Assembly: GCA_002269645.1 (NCBI GenBank)
Contig: NIVC01003286.1
Span: 1 to 64,000, forward strand
Length of the DNA: 64,000 nt
Reading direction: 5' to 3'
Source: Macrostomum lignano
Lineage: Eukaryota
Made by a program: the position numbers and the translations under genes. Below the pieces are notes generated by a model. It saw nothing but the letters and a program-made list of their open reading frames with translations. It had not been told where the DNA came from and ran no database searches. Below are positions 24,601 through 35,892 of the stretch, piece by piece. The stretch's first letter is position 1, and each line of letters starts with the position of its first letter.

Positions 24601-27600
24601 GGCCAAGGACCCACATGGACCCCACCTGTAGCCAAGGTGCAATAGTTGGTCACTCGGTCATGGTATGACCGAGTGGCTGCCACCACTCTATGTGACCTGG
24701 CGCACCTGGATCTTTCTACCAGACCTCTCGAGGCTAGAGCCCCGCCTGGGATGGTTACCAGGAGATTTAGGCTAACAGGGGAGACACATGCAGCCGAGTA
24801 CAGGGACTCTGCTTGGGGCATGATCGGGAACTCTGGGCTCAATCTGGAGGAATACTCAGCAGGGGATCCTTTGTGGCTGTGAGCGAGGCTGACTTGCGAC
24901 TTTGATTACTAAGAGTAGTATGAGGCGAACATGTACTGTCTCTAGTTTAGATTGCTCAGGGCGAAGGGACGCGTCAGCATGGGGTTGCAACCTTCCTACT
25001 GCCATTCTGTGCCAAGACTCGCTAATCCCTCTACTGCACGCACACGCGGCCCGCAACACGCACTCACAGGCGAGCTTTGCACGGGGAGAGGCCATTAGCT
25101 TACCCAAACTTCCCTAGGCTTTGCCACCCCAGGAGAAAGGCTTAGCAAGCCATGAGTGAAATGATGGTGAAAGAGTGAATAATGATGAGGTTAGTTAATA
25201 GTTAATAATTATGCCTTTAGGCAAATAATCAGGCAATTAGGCGGCTTCACTATTAAGTAAAAATACAGCAAAAGATACGGTATCACAATTGGCTCAGCTC
25301 TCTAATCAGACAATGGAAAAATAGGCAAACTCCGGATAAGCAAAGGCAATTAGAGCACAAATCAGTAATAGGAACTTACCGGCAGCTGCACAGAGAGAGA
25401 GAGAGACGGAGTGACCGAGGGCGGCTGTAGCTGCAGTCAGGCAGACAGTGAAGCGGCGATGCGCTGAGGCGACGAGGCGCTGGTGTAGATCAGGCGACGC
25501 TGATGATGCTGGGCGGTGTCAGACCGCTGGCCGATAGGCGAGCTCACTTGAGGAGCTGAAGATCACTTGGCGGTAACAGACCGCGGACCGGCAGGGATTC
25601 GTCTTATAGACGAATGGGTCAGAACTCAATCTGACAGCAAGTCTAAAGAAAGACTAGGAGCCCGAAGGTGGGCACAAGTGGCGACAGAGCTGAGGATTCT
25701 CATGCCGAAATCGCTTTCCTTTTATAGCCTTCCCAGCCGCCGCTCTGAGGTCGTTTCCATGACTCCCTCTCTCTGATTGGCTGCCGGCAGAATGACGTCA
25801 GAATGAGTCATGATGAGAAGCATGAGACCGGCATAGCAACATGAGAAATAGAGAAATTGCGCAATCCGGAGGCGGGGTGGGGGGATAATTGGCGCAGCGG
25901 GAGGTCGCGAAAGTGTTGCGCAAGCAAACATTGAGAACAATGGGGCTGGGGTCGAGAACAAAGGAATTGGAAATCGGGGATAATTGGGGAGAATCAAGAA
26001 CAATGGAAAAGTAAACATTGGGGAAAAGGTGATAATTAGGTGCGAAAACGAGAACAAAAGAAAGAGAAAATCGGAGAAAATGTGATAATTGGTGGGGGTC
26101 GAGAGAACAAAAAATCAAAAACGAGAACAATAGAAGCGGAGGTGGGGTGGGTGTCGCATGAGAAATTTGGGGGGGAGAACAATGGCGTGAAAAAAGGTTG
26201 CGCAAGAGAGGGGGATGAGTCATCGATGAGTCACCGAGGGGGAGAAGGGGTCACACGACTTGCGTCACCGTTTGGGAGTTTGAGAGGGGATGGGGAGGCG
26301 GTGAGCACACAAAATACTGTAAGTAGACACAGAGAAAGAGGGGACAGCGCAGGAAAAGAGTGCAGAGGGAGACAAAAAGAGGGGAGATAGGGAAAGTACA
26401 AGAAAACTAGGGTGGAGCACAGGGGAGATAAGGTAGAGGGGGAGGTACAGAGAGGAATAGGGGGCTCCGGAAAGGCAGGTGTGGCGGCAGGGGAGACGGA
26501 ACCAAGGCAGCAGGGGGGTGCAGCAGAGCGGGAGTCTCCAGGCCTGGTCGGAGACCTGGCCGAGTCTCGACAGCTCTGTGCAGAGGGTACACGGGATAGG
26601 AGGCACTTACGAAAAAGTTCCCATGCCCTATCCCGCGACCAGAGCGTGGTTACATCAATAGGTATAGATAGAAGATTTTGCGGCTGCTAGGTGCCAAGCT
26701 ATACATTTTCACCTGTTTAGACAGGTAAGTGAACAGATATTAAGGCCTGCTAACTTAGGAAGCAGAATTCAGAACTGATACAGTTGCATAGTGACTCCAA
26801 GGCACTATAGACACCAAACTTGAGTCTCCAGTTGAGTTATTGGTACAGCGGTACTCAAATATTGCCTAAGCTTTTTGAAATTCAGAAGCAATCTTCTAAA
26901 AAAGTTGCATTTCTAGCTGTCGTATCGAAAGACTTATTGAGTTCACTTGCTGTTTTATTTTTATCGATTGACTGACAATTCTTCATTGAAACGTGTGACT
27001 AAGTGTGTGCGTACTTTTAACCCCCCGTTCTTTTAACCTGTGTTTTTAAGCATAAGTTATTCTTACATTCGTTTTTACCAAGATTACAAATGTCGTCTCG
27101 TGTGCTCTCGGAGCTCATAGCTTTGATTTCTCGCGCAAATCACTATAGAGTTGTTTTACTAGTCATGTCGGCGTATGACCGGTTAAACTTCAGCTATTTG
27201 GCTACACAGAGAAATCGGTGCGCGAAAATCCATATTTTAAACTTTAAAGTTGGCACTCCGGAAGGACCGTTTTTCAATAAACAGGTAAAAGTACCTCAGA
27301 AAGATACCTGTTAACAGGGACTTTCTCCAGAGTGTCTTGCGTCGCTTGAACGAGCATCTTATGAGCGATAATTCGACACCACATTCGAAAAAACCTCCCA
27401 GTTACAAAATTTTCCCTAAAACAACATCTGATTTTTGGCCGAGCCACCCGGCCTCTTTTTTCGAGTTTCCGGGCCACTGCTCCGCACGGGTAGCTTTAAA
27501 TGCTCAGAAAATCTAGAAACAAACAATTCCACCAATTTGACACGCCGTGTTGAAGTCTCAACATAGCAGCGTTAAACGGCTTCTTAATTTTAACGACTAT

Positions 27601-29379
27601 TTTTTTAAAAACGAAACCCAAATTTTGAGAGATATGCCTCTCAAAATTGCACGAAAAAGTCCTAGCTCGTACTTTTAGAGTGCACGTAGCCAGCCCTGTC
27701 AAAAGTGAATTTTAGCTATCGCTTGTCCTTCTCGCTGCGGTACGGGCTAAGTTAAAAAGCCAATTTTTCGACGTGAAAAACACGTTTCTGTACTTTTAGC
27801 CCCGAAGATGAAGTGCAAAAATTAAGTTAACATCATTTCAGAGTTTGAATGCCCGCCGCTCGCTAAGCGCTGCCATATTTTCCCGCCGCTAAATTAAGAT
27901 CATAGTTTTTTAAAATGTCTAAAAACGCGTTGTCATGGCAATCAAACAGTGCTTTTGTCTTTGACGCATTTAAGCTAAAAACCGTTTGTAAATCGATCAT
28001 GCCATTTAAAAATGCCAACGTTTAAAATTTGACAAAGTTGACTTGTGATGTGTCAATCTGTTGCACGTCTTACCAGGGACAATTTTTTTTCAGAAAGACA
28101 TGGCATTTCTGGCTCAATCGTCAAACAATAGTATTTTGCGTACATACGTAGTGAGATTTTGAATTCATTCGAAATAGTTGTTTTAAATGCGTGCTCATTT
28201 GTATTTTTGTTCTTTTCATTCCTTCGTAGCCCTGTGCCGTTTAAACAAGTAATTGACGACTTCCAGGACTGCTGTGCTGGCGGAGCCCGCTGACCTGTGG
28301 CGACACGTGCAGTGGCGGGTGACATCGCTGGTTGCTGAGCAGTGCCTCTCCAAGTCCAGCCAAATCACTTCATCATGGAGAATGAAACCGCCTGTAAGCG
28401 ACAGCTGCTACAGTGTGAAGTCCTGCGCCAGGCTGCAATGCGCCTCTGCTCAACGCACAGCGAACTCTTCCAGTGCGGTTCAACTGCAGCCAGACGGTCG
28501 CTGCTTCGTGAAGTTTCAGCAGCGACTTACTGGCAGAGTGAGTTTCCAACGAAACTGGACTGAGTACGAGACTGGGTTCGGTGACGGCACTGACTTCTGG
28601 ATCGGTGAGCGGCTTGTCAATTGGTGTGCGTCAGGAACTGAAGCAGGTCTTATCAACTGCCATGAGAGTGTCATTTAGGCCGTACAATTGATAACGTTCG
28701 TTGGTTGGTGGCTGTGGAAATTTAATTCTTCGAACCGCCCTGCAGCTAAGTGGAAATTTTAGCAAAACTTTTTTTCCTAGCATGCTGAGCTGCATCAATA
28801 GAATTCATTGGCGCCTGAATCCAGACTGCCTGCGCAAGTCAGGCCCAAAATTATGGAAAATATATTTTCATCAATTTTGAGTCACGACTCACCTGACAGC
28901 AGCGGCGACAAGCCGAGCAGAAGTGACTCAGACTCAGCCGCTCTCCTCCCGCAGGCCTCTCCGCCATCCACTCGCTCAGCCAGGGCGGCGCCACCCTCAG
29001 AGTGGAGATGAAGCTGTGGAACGGCTCTGAGCTGCATGCGGAGTACGCGGGATTCCAGGTGGCAGACGCCAGCACTGGGTATCGGATGACGTACCGAGAG
29101 ATGCTGAGGGACAGGTCCAGTGTCAGCTGGGATGCTTTGCAGCTCAGCAAAGGCATGCGGTTCTCCACGATGGACTGGGACAATGACGTATGGGATGCTC
29201 AGTCATGCTCAAACACACTCGGAAATGCAGGTTGGTGGTTTCATTACTGCCGCCACTTCAACCCTAATGGACTTTATCCTTCGCAAGAGAAGGTAGATAT
29301 AATTGGCAATATGGTGTGGTACATTTCTTATAGTAAGAAACTGTCTCTTCGTGAAGTGCGGCTGATGCTACAGATTTGA
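21682..29379 (+). CDS. Secreted fibrinogen-related protein, copy 2 (intact, 633 aa): signal peptide, two tandem unknown domains, FReD
   Basis: Exons 21682-22820 (1139 nt), 28267-28604 (338 nt), 28955-29379 (425 nt); GT-AG introns in phase 2 and phase 1; total 1902 nt open; FReD motifs FQRNWTEYETGFG-FWIGL, FSTMDWDND, GWWF..C...NPNG. Confidence 0.85.
23400..24030. repeat. CT-rich low-complexity tract in intron 1 of copy 2
   Basis: Pyrimidine-rich degenerate (CT)n; its ORFs are S/L/F-rich artefacts. Confidence 0.85.
24432..26657. mobile_element. 2.2-kb solo LTR (or non-coding LTR-type insertion)
   Basis: TG...CA ends with 10-bp terminal inverted repeat TGATGTAACC/GGTTACATCA; 4-bp TSD ATAG at 24428-24431 and 26658-26661; no retroelement ORF inside. 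Confidence 0.8.
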
Positions 29380-30002
29380 GATTATCAACCGCAAAATACC
29401 GATTTTTAAAGTCTCTTTGATGCAAGAGTTTCACTGAATGAAAACACTCGACCGCATAAAAACTAAAAACAATATTTTTGCGAGTTTAAACTTAATAAAC
29501 TCATTTTTATATACTCATACTTTTTTCAACAATATGCTAATCAGAAAAGACAAACCATCATAACGCAGCGCATCTGCGCAACTCAAATACAGAGTTGTTG
29601 TTCGCGACTTTTCCTTCACATTTTTTGCATTCGAATTTCCTACAAATTGCAAGCTGAAAGCCTCAAGTTTGTTGCTACGAGCGTATGAAGCTTTTCTGAA
29701 GTCTTGCTTTTCTGATACTGACTGATAATCCCCTATAGATGCCTGTGATTTGAGCGCATTTTAAATGGATATATACACACGCACATGTGATGAACGGGAG
29801 GGAGGAGACTTCAGGTTGCCTCACCTGGGTTCGTGTACTGAACCTTTAGCGCTACGGTCCTCCAACCTACTCGCGTACGAAGCAAGAGTCGGTTGAGATC
29901 TCGGAACGGCCCAGGCTCGGCTCGGTTGTCGGCTCGGCTTCAAGACGAAGATCGCCACTACATTTATACGCGCAGTCTCAAAGCGTTGACCGGTGAGGGG
30001 CG

Positions 30003-31101
30003 GTGCTGTCTGTTCTATCAGTATTGTGCTGTCTGTTCTATCAGTATTGTACTGTCTGTTCTATCAGTATTGTGCTGTCTGTTCTATCAGTATTGTACTG
30101 TCTGTTCTATCAGTATTGTGCTGTCTGTTCTATCAGTATTGTGCTGTCTGTTCTATCAGTATTGTGCTGTCTGTTCTATCAGTATCATGCTGTCTGTTCT
30201 ATCAGTATTGTGCTGTCTGTTCTATCAGTATTGTGCTGTCTGTTCTATCAGTATTGTGCTGTCTGTTCTATCAGTATTGTGCTGTCTGTTCTATCAGTAT
30301 TGTGCTGTCTGTTCTATCAGTATCATGCTGTCTGTTCTATCAGTATTGTGCTGTCTGTTCTATCAGTATTGTGCTGTCTGTTCTATCAGTATCATGCTGT
30401 CTGTTCTATCAGTATTGTGCTGTCTGTTCTATCAGTATTGTGCTGTCTGTTCTATCAGTATTGTGCTGTGTGTTCTATTAGTATTGTGCTGTCTGTTCTA
30501 TCAGTATTGTGCTGTCTGTTCTATCAGCATTGTGCTGTCTGTTCTATCAGTATTGTGCTGTCTGTTCTATCAGTATTGTACTGTCTGTTCTATCAGTATT
30601 GTGCTGTCTGTTCTATCAGTATTGTGCTGTCTGTTCTATCAGTATTGTGCTGTCTGTTCTATCAGTATTTTACTGTCTGTTCTATCAGTATTGTGCTGTC
30701 TGTTCTATCAGTATTGTGCTGTCTGTTCTGTCAGTATTGTACTGTCTGTTCTATCAGTATTGTACTGTCTGTTCTATCAGTATTGTGCTGTCTGTTCTGT
30801 CAGTATTGTGCTGTCTGTTCTATCAGTATTGTACTGTCTGTTCTATCAGTATTGTGCTGTCTGTTCTATCAGTATTGTACTGTCTGTTCTATCAGTATTG
30901 TGCTGTCTGTTCTATCAGTATTGTGCTGTCTGTTCTATCAGTATTGTGCTGTGTGTTCTATCAGCATTGTGCTGTCTGTTCTATCAGTATTGTGCTGTCT
31001 GTTCTATCAGTATTGTGCTGTCTGTTCCATCAGTATTGTGCTGTCCGTTCTATCAGTATTGTGCTGTCTGTTCTATCAGTATTGTGCTGTCTGTTCTATC
31101 A
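30003..31101. repeat. 23-bp minisatellite, ~48 units (left part of the array split by the Ngaro element)
   Basis: Direct reading; array resumes at 35527. Confidence 0.95.
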
Positions 31102-34100
31102 TTAGTGCTTCCAGCAACAAAGGCAATAAAAACGCGAACTTGGCACAGAAACGAAGCAGGCCTCGGTCAATAAAAAAGTTTTTTGAACTTCAATCTATGA
31201 GTATATTAGGCTTAAAGCAAACTTAACACGAAAAAGAAAAAAAATTCACTGCGAGAAGGCAAAGTGAGCCGCTAGTAGAGCGCGACGGGGGTTTAAAAAC
31301 ACCCCTGCCACCCAAAGGGGGGGGCAGGCGGCGATGTACAATCAACGCGCTGGGCACTAAAGCCGGTTTGTGCGCTTTCGCCGCACAAACCAGTCCATTA
31401 GTGCTTCCAGCAACAAAGGCAATAAAAACGCGAACTTGGCACAGAAACGAAGCAGGTCTCCAAAGCCAAACACAACGGGGGATAAGAGCAGCAGCTAGGC
31501 ATTGGGCAAAAAACAAATCAGCGGGAAGAGCACCGTCAAAAATGAGCACTAAGGGCGGAAGAAATATGCAGAGAAGCCGCAGCAGTGGCAACACCCGAGT
31601 GGGGCAAGTAGCGCTCCACCGCCGAACTCTACCAGTCGCCGATCCGCTGGATCTCCGCCACTGGCAGGCCCATGCGAGCTGCCCAGGTAGCCCCACCTCG
31701 ACGCAGGCTGTGAGCCGAGTAGAGCTTGCCGCCACACCCAGCCCTCTGCAGCTTAGAGTCAAGAAACCGGTCCAAGTCCCGAGCAGCTAGATGGCGCCGC
31801 TGTCCATTACAATCGATGAAGGACCAGAGTGGCGCCTCGGCCATCGCCAGCTTGTTGACACACAGATGTCGGCGAATCGCCACTACCGGGCAGAGCGCGG
31901 GGCAGGCGGGGAACTTCGGAAGCAGGACGCGGTGGACTCGATCTCGGAACTGAATAGTCTTGCCAAAGTCCACGCTTAAGAGGAGGCCGCAACGGTGAGG
32001 TGTCAGATTATGCACCTTCATCCCACTACCCAACTGAGGCGACGATAGAAGGAAATGATGATTTTCGCAGCATCCCCCACCAGGCAGTGATGGTGACCGC
32101 CCAGCAGGCCAGTTGCCGATTGTCGCCCTTGTCAACCAGAGAACAAAGCTTTTGCAGCACCGACGGAGACATTGGTAGCTTCTGGTTGACCTGAAGCCCT
32201 AGCGCTTGCTTGCAGCCCCGCAGCAGATGCTGGGTGAGGGTGTGCTTCGTCAGGTCCTGAGTGCCGTTCAGCCGAAACCACAGTGAAAGCGAGCTGATGT
32301 GACCGCGAACGCTACTGTAGGCTCGCAGGCGCCTGCCCGTGAGGCCAGCCAGGTAGTTTAGCAGCGTGGACACAGTACACCCGGCGGGGTCGAGTCCCTT
32401 GGCTGAGCAGTACGCGCGCCAGGACCGCACGTGTGAGCTGATGGCGCTTTTCGAGCGGGCCGCGTTGGAGGAACCGAGTAGTTCACGGGCTCGGTGGCTG
32501 AGGTGGTCTGGCGCAGTCTGGCGACCTGAAAACGGAGATAAGCGGATGTGGCAGCAGAAAGCGTGTGCCGGGAAGGCGAGCAATTGGTGAGACGCATCAA
32601 TGAGCCATAATAGCGCAGCAAAAATTCAACAACTGACTGCCCTCGTGCAGCCGAGACGCGGCGTCAGCAAAAATTTGAAACGGCCCTGGTACGTGGTAAG
32701 CACGCAGCTGAATGTTCTGACGAATGCAAAGCAGCGCCACCGTCTGCAACAGCCTCATCACCAGAGGGCACTTAGAGACCCCATTGTTGATAATACAGCA
32801 CGCTGCCATATTATCGCAGTAGATGCACAGCCGACAGTTGTGCAGGCGGTCCCGCCACGACAGCAACGCCATCAGAGGCATCACAGCCTCCTTGTAATTG
32901 ATAGGCAGATCCCGAAAAACAGCATCCGCGTCGAGATCCCAATTAACGTACCGCCAGTCACTCACGCCCCCGGCAACCGCAGCACGGCTGCGCCGCCCAC
33001 CAGGCAGGCGTCCGACTCGATCGCGGCATCGAAGTCGCCATTGAACCAGAGAGTCTTCCACCTTTGAGCTAGCAGAGCAGACTTCCACCAGCGCAGCTGA
33101 CTACGCAGGGCCGCATCCATCTCATCTTGCTGACCGACGGCCAAATTTTTAGAGCGCGAAATCAGGTCCTGAAGAAAGGGGCGACCGCATTCGATCACCT
33201 GCGAAGCCCACGCCAGCCTGCCGATGATCTGCTGTAAACTTTGCTTGCTGATGCGATCCTTGGCAGCAGCATCGTCCAGTTGCCCTAAAAGTTTCTCCAC
33301 TTTCTCGTCTGAAAGCCGCTTCAGGCCCTTGACGGTGTCGAGCTCCACACCGAGAAACGTCATCCTTTGCGAAGGCCGCTGACACTTCGTCCAATTCACG
33401 GTGAAGCCCAGTCTGGTCATTAGCGACGTCAACACATTAAAGAAGGCCTCGCACTCGTTTTGCGAACCGCAAAAGGCAAAATCGTCCAGATAGGCCTCAG
33501 TATTGACGAAGCCGCGGTGCACCATCATCAACTTGACCGCCTCGCTGAGATGATAGAAAGCCGTGACGGAAGCAGCAGCACCAAATGGCAGGCGCGTGTC
33601 CACGATGTAGGTGTCGCAAGCATCGCTACCTAGCCGAAACTTCAAAACGGTAAACTTTTGGTCGTCAGGATGGATCCCACATGAACGATAGGCTTCGCTT
33701 AGATCGACCTTGCACATAAAGTAATTCTTCTTAAGCCTCTTAGCAAAGTTCTGGACACAGGTGAAACGCAGTCTCTGCTCGCTCTCGTAAGCGGAATTGA
33801 CAGACTTCCCTTGCGGCCGGCTGCAGTCATGGATTAAGCGAACGCCACCGTTGGACTTCGGCAGCGCACCAAGGGCGCTGACTATGCGAGGTTTGTCACC
33901 AGCAGCACAGAGACGATAACGACCGAGACGAAGCTCGTTAGCAATCTGACGCGCAACCCTGTCATGGTGCTTAAAAACCGATGAGTAGTTTGCCACTTCA
34001 ACCAGCTCGTTGCCATGCATCTGACGATTGGTGATGCGAAAGCCACTAGCAACGCCATCAAGGATAAAAGCCATCCGACCGGGCGGGAGATCTAGCTTGG

Positions 34101-34228
34101 ACAACTCCGCCTGCCACTCGGCCAGATTGAGATCAGAGGATAAAACAGGAGGAATAAAATTCGCGCTATGATCGAGTCAGTGTTGCGGTTTCTCCTCACC
34201 GCTCGATTCGTCGCGGTGGAAGGCTGCC

Positions 34229-35338
34229 TCAGAGTGCGCCAGGCCGCATCATCGGCAGCGATGCAGGAACCGAAAGCTCTTGCGTTCGCACCCGCGTATC
34301 CTGTTGTAGTCGAAGCAAACCAGTTGATTGCGCTTCTGGGCACCACCCCCCGATTGCTGCTTCTGGGGCTTGACTTACTTGACTTAGCTGCAGGGTGGTC
34401 CGTAGACACAGCGGGGAGGCGAGGGTCGCCCATTCCGCTAGCCCCTGAAGGGGATGCTGCTTCTGGGGAGCCATGAGGTACGCCGCAACCAGACTCAGGT
34501 CCGAGCTGTGCGACTCCCACTTGCCATCAGTCGCTTGGCTGAGCCGGCACTCGTCATCAAATCTCATGACACGGCTCTTGTCGAAGCCCAGGTCCAACAA
34601 CTCGCTAATGCGTGCGGTGTACCTGAGATAGTCTCTGAGCTCTGCTACATCCAATCGACCATGCTGATCCAGTCTGACTAGACGCCCGTCAGTCAGCATC
34701 TGAAGCATCACCTGCGCATTGCCCGTCACCCAATCGCCTAACGAACGCGCCTCGACCGCCACTTCTTTAGACTTACTCTGGCTTAGAAGACACTGCCTGC
34801 GCTTGCTGACGAAGTCAACGATTCGGTAGACGCTACTGGTACTTCTCCCTGAGGCTCCCATGTTCTCATGCTGCTGCCCAACTTCATGCTGCACACATCC
34901 AGTTAGGAAATTTAGCAACTCACCCGGTACATCACGTGCCTCAGAACGGCCGACCCGTAGCTGCGCGAACTTGGATTCCAGCTGCGCTTCTTCTTTGCGC
35001 AGCTTCAGCAGACGGATCCGCTTCTCCGCCTCCAGCAGCTGTTCGTCCAGGCCGCCAGCCGCGCCAGACCCACCGTTCTCGACCTGTCGCCGATTTGGGG
35101 GGCTGCCCCCGCTGCTCGCTACCGCCGAGTTCTGCCCTGTAGCTCGCAGAATGGCCTGAACGGTCGTCAGCTCGTCACTCTCGACAGAGATCTCCACGTC
35201 TTGAATATGGGCGCGAAGCCTTTGGACTAGTTTTGTTTTGTTGCCAGAGGTTGGCAAACCAAGCTCCTTTAGTTTCCCTCGCAGGGCTGGCACAGTTGTG
35301 GGGCCGGAATCGGCTGACTGGCTACGGTTGCGGTTCAT
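34229..35338 (-). CDS. Ngaro ORF1 (Gag-like) with N-terminal SAP-like motif; frameshifted by a LINE micro-insertion
   Basis: TVPALRGKLKELGLPTSGNKTKLVQRL fits the SAP motif pattern; removing 34369-34468 restores the frame into CFDYNRIRGC...H.CR*CG..H. Confidence 0.7.
   Translation of the reverse strand: MNRNRSQSADSGPTTVPALRGKLKELGLPTSGNKTKLVQRLRAHIQDVEISVESDELTTVQAILRATGQNSAVASSGGSPPNRRQVENGGSGAAGGLDEQLLEAEKRIRLLKLRKEEAQLESKFAQLRVGRSEARDVPGELLNFLTGCVQHEVGQQHENMGASGRSTSSVYRIVDFVSKRRQCLLSQSKSKEVAVEARSLGDWVTGNAQVMLQMLTDGRLVRLDQHGRLDVAELRDYLRYTARISELLDLGFDKSRVMRFDDECRLSQATDGKWESHSSDLSLVAAYLMAPQKQHPLQGLAEWATLASPLCLRTTLQLSQVSQAPEAAIGGWCPEAQSTGLLRLQQDTRVRTQELSVPASLPMMRPGAL
34369..34454 (-). mobile_element. 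86-bp extreme 3' fragment of an R1/LOA-like LINE
   Basis: Matches 8445-8530 (TTGACT.AGCTGCAGGG...GACACAGCGGG.AGGCG...CGCCCATTCCGCTA.CCCCTGAA); flanked by 14-bp TSD TGCTGCTTCTGGGG at 34355-34368 and 34455-34468. Confidence 0.85.
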
Positions 35339-35526
35339 GACTCAGCAAAAGTTTCCATTTCCAAGTCAAAAAAATTCACTGAGAGAAGGCAAAGTGAGCC
35401 GCAAGTAGAGCGCGACGGGGGTTTAAAAACACCCCTGCAACCCAAAGGGGGGGCAGGCGGCGATGTACAATCAACGCGCTGGGCACTAAAGCCGGTTTGT
35501 GCGCTTTCGCCGCACAAACCAGTCCA

Positions 35527-35722
35527 GTATTGTGCTGTCTGTTCTATCAGTATTGTGCTGTCTGTTCTATCAGTATTGTGCTATCTGTTCTATCAGTATT
35601 GTGCTGTCTGTTCTATCAGTATTGTGCTGTCTGTTCTATCAGTATTGTGCTGTCTGTTCTATCAGTATTGTGCTGTCTGTTCTATCAGTATTGTGCTGTC
35701 TGTTTTTATCAGTTTTTATCAG
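35527..35722. repeat. 23-bp minisatellite, ~8 units (right part of the split array)
   Basis: Direct reading. Confidence 0.9.
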
Positions 35723-35892
35723 CATCGGGCTCGTTGCCGTGAGAGGCAGGAGTTCAGCTCGACAGAAGCTCAGATATTCGACTAAATGAGCCCAACTGCA
35801 GCCATTCTGAACTGTGTGTCGTTTAGACTTGCCTACAATGAGTTACTCTTTGCACAGAGCGCTCAAGTTAACAATCAGGACAGGTACCACAT

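Larger units (their letters stand above)
31102..35526 (-). mobile_element. Ngaro-type (DIRS order) tyrosine-recombinase retrotransposon with split direct repeats, degenerate
   Basis: Minus-strand layout A1(35368-35526)-gag-RT/RNase H-YR-B1(31398-31456)-A2(31238-31397)-B2(31102-31160). RT ORF 32962..34104 (KVDLSEAY, RLPFG, YLDDF); RNase H ORF 32597..33088 (INYKE, YCDN, ADAASR); YR ORFs 32026..32583 (GMLRKS) and 31629..32135 (HSLRRGGATW, GDW*); no TSD. Confidence 0.92.

Noticed and set aside
29893-31226. Long Cys/Leu/Val/Ser-rich ORFs (also 6195-6733, 18367-18894, 45866-46372, 48347-48892, 57592-58091)
   Set aside because: Translations of tandem repeats lacking stop codons; no independent coding evidence.
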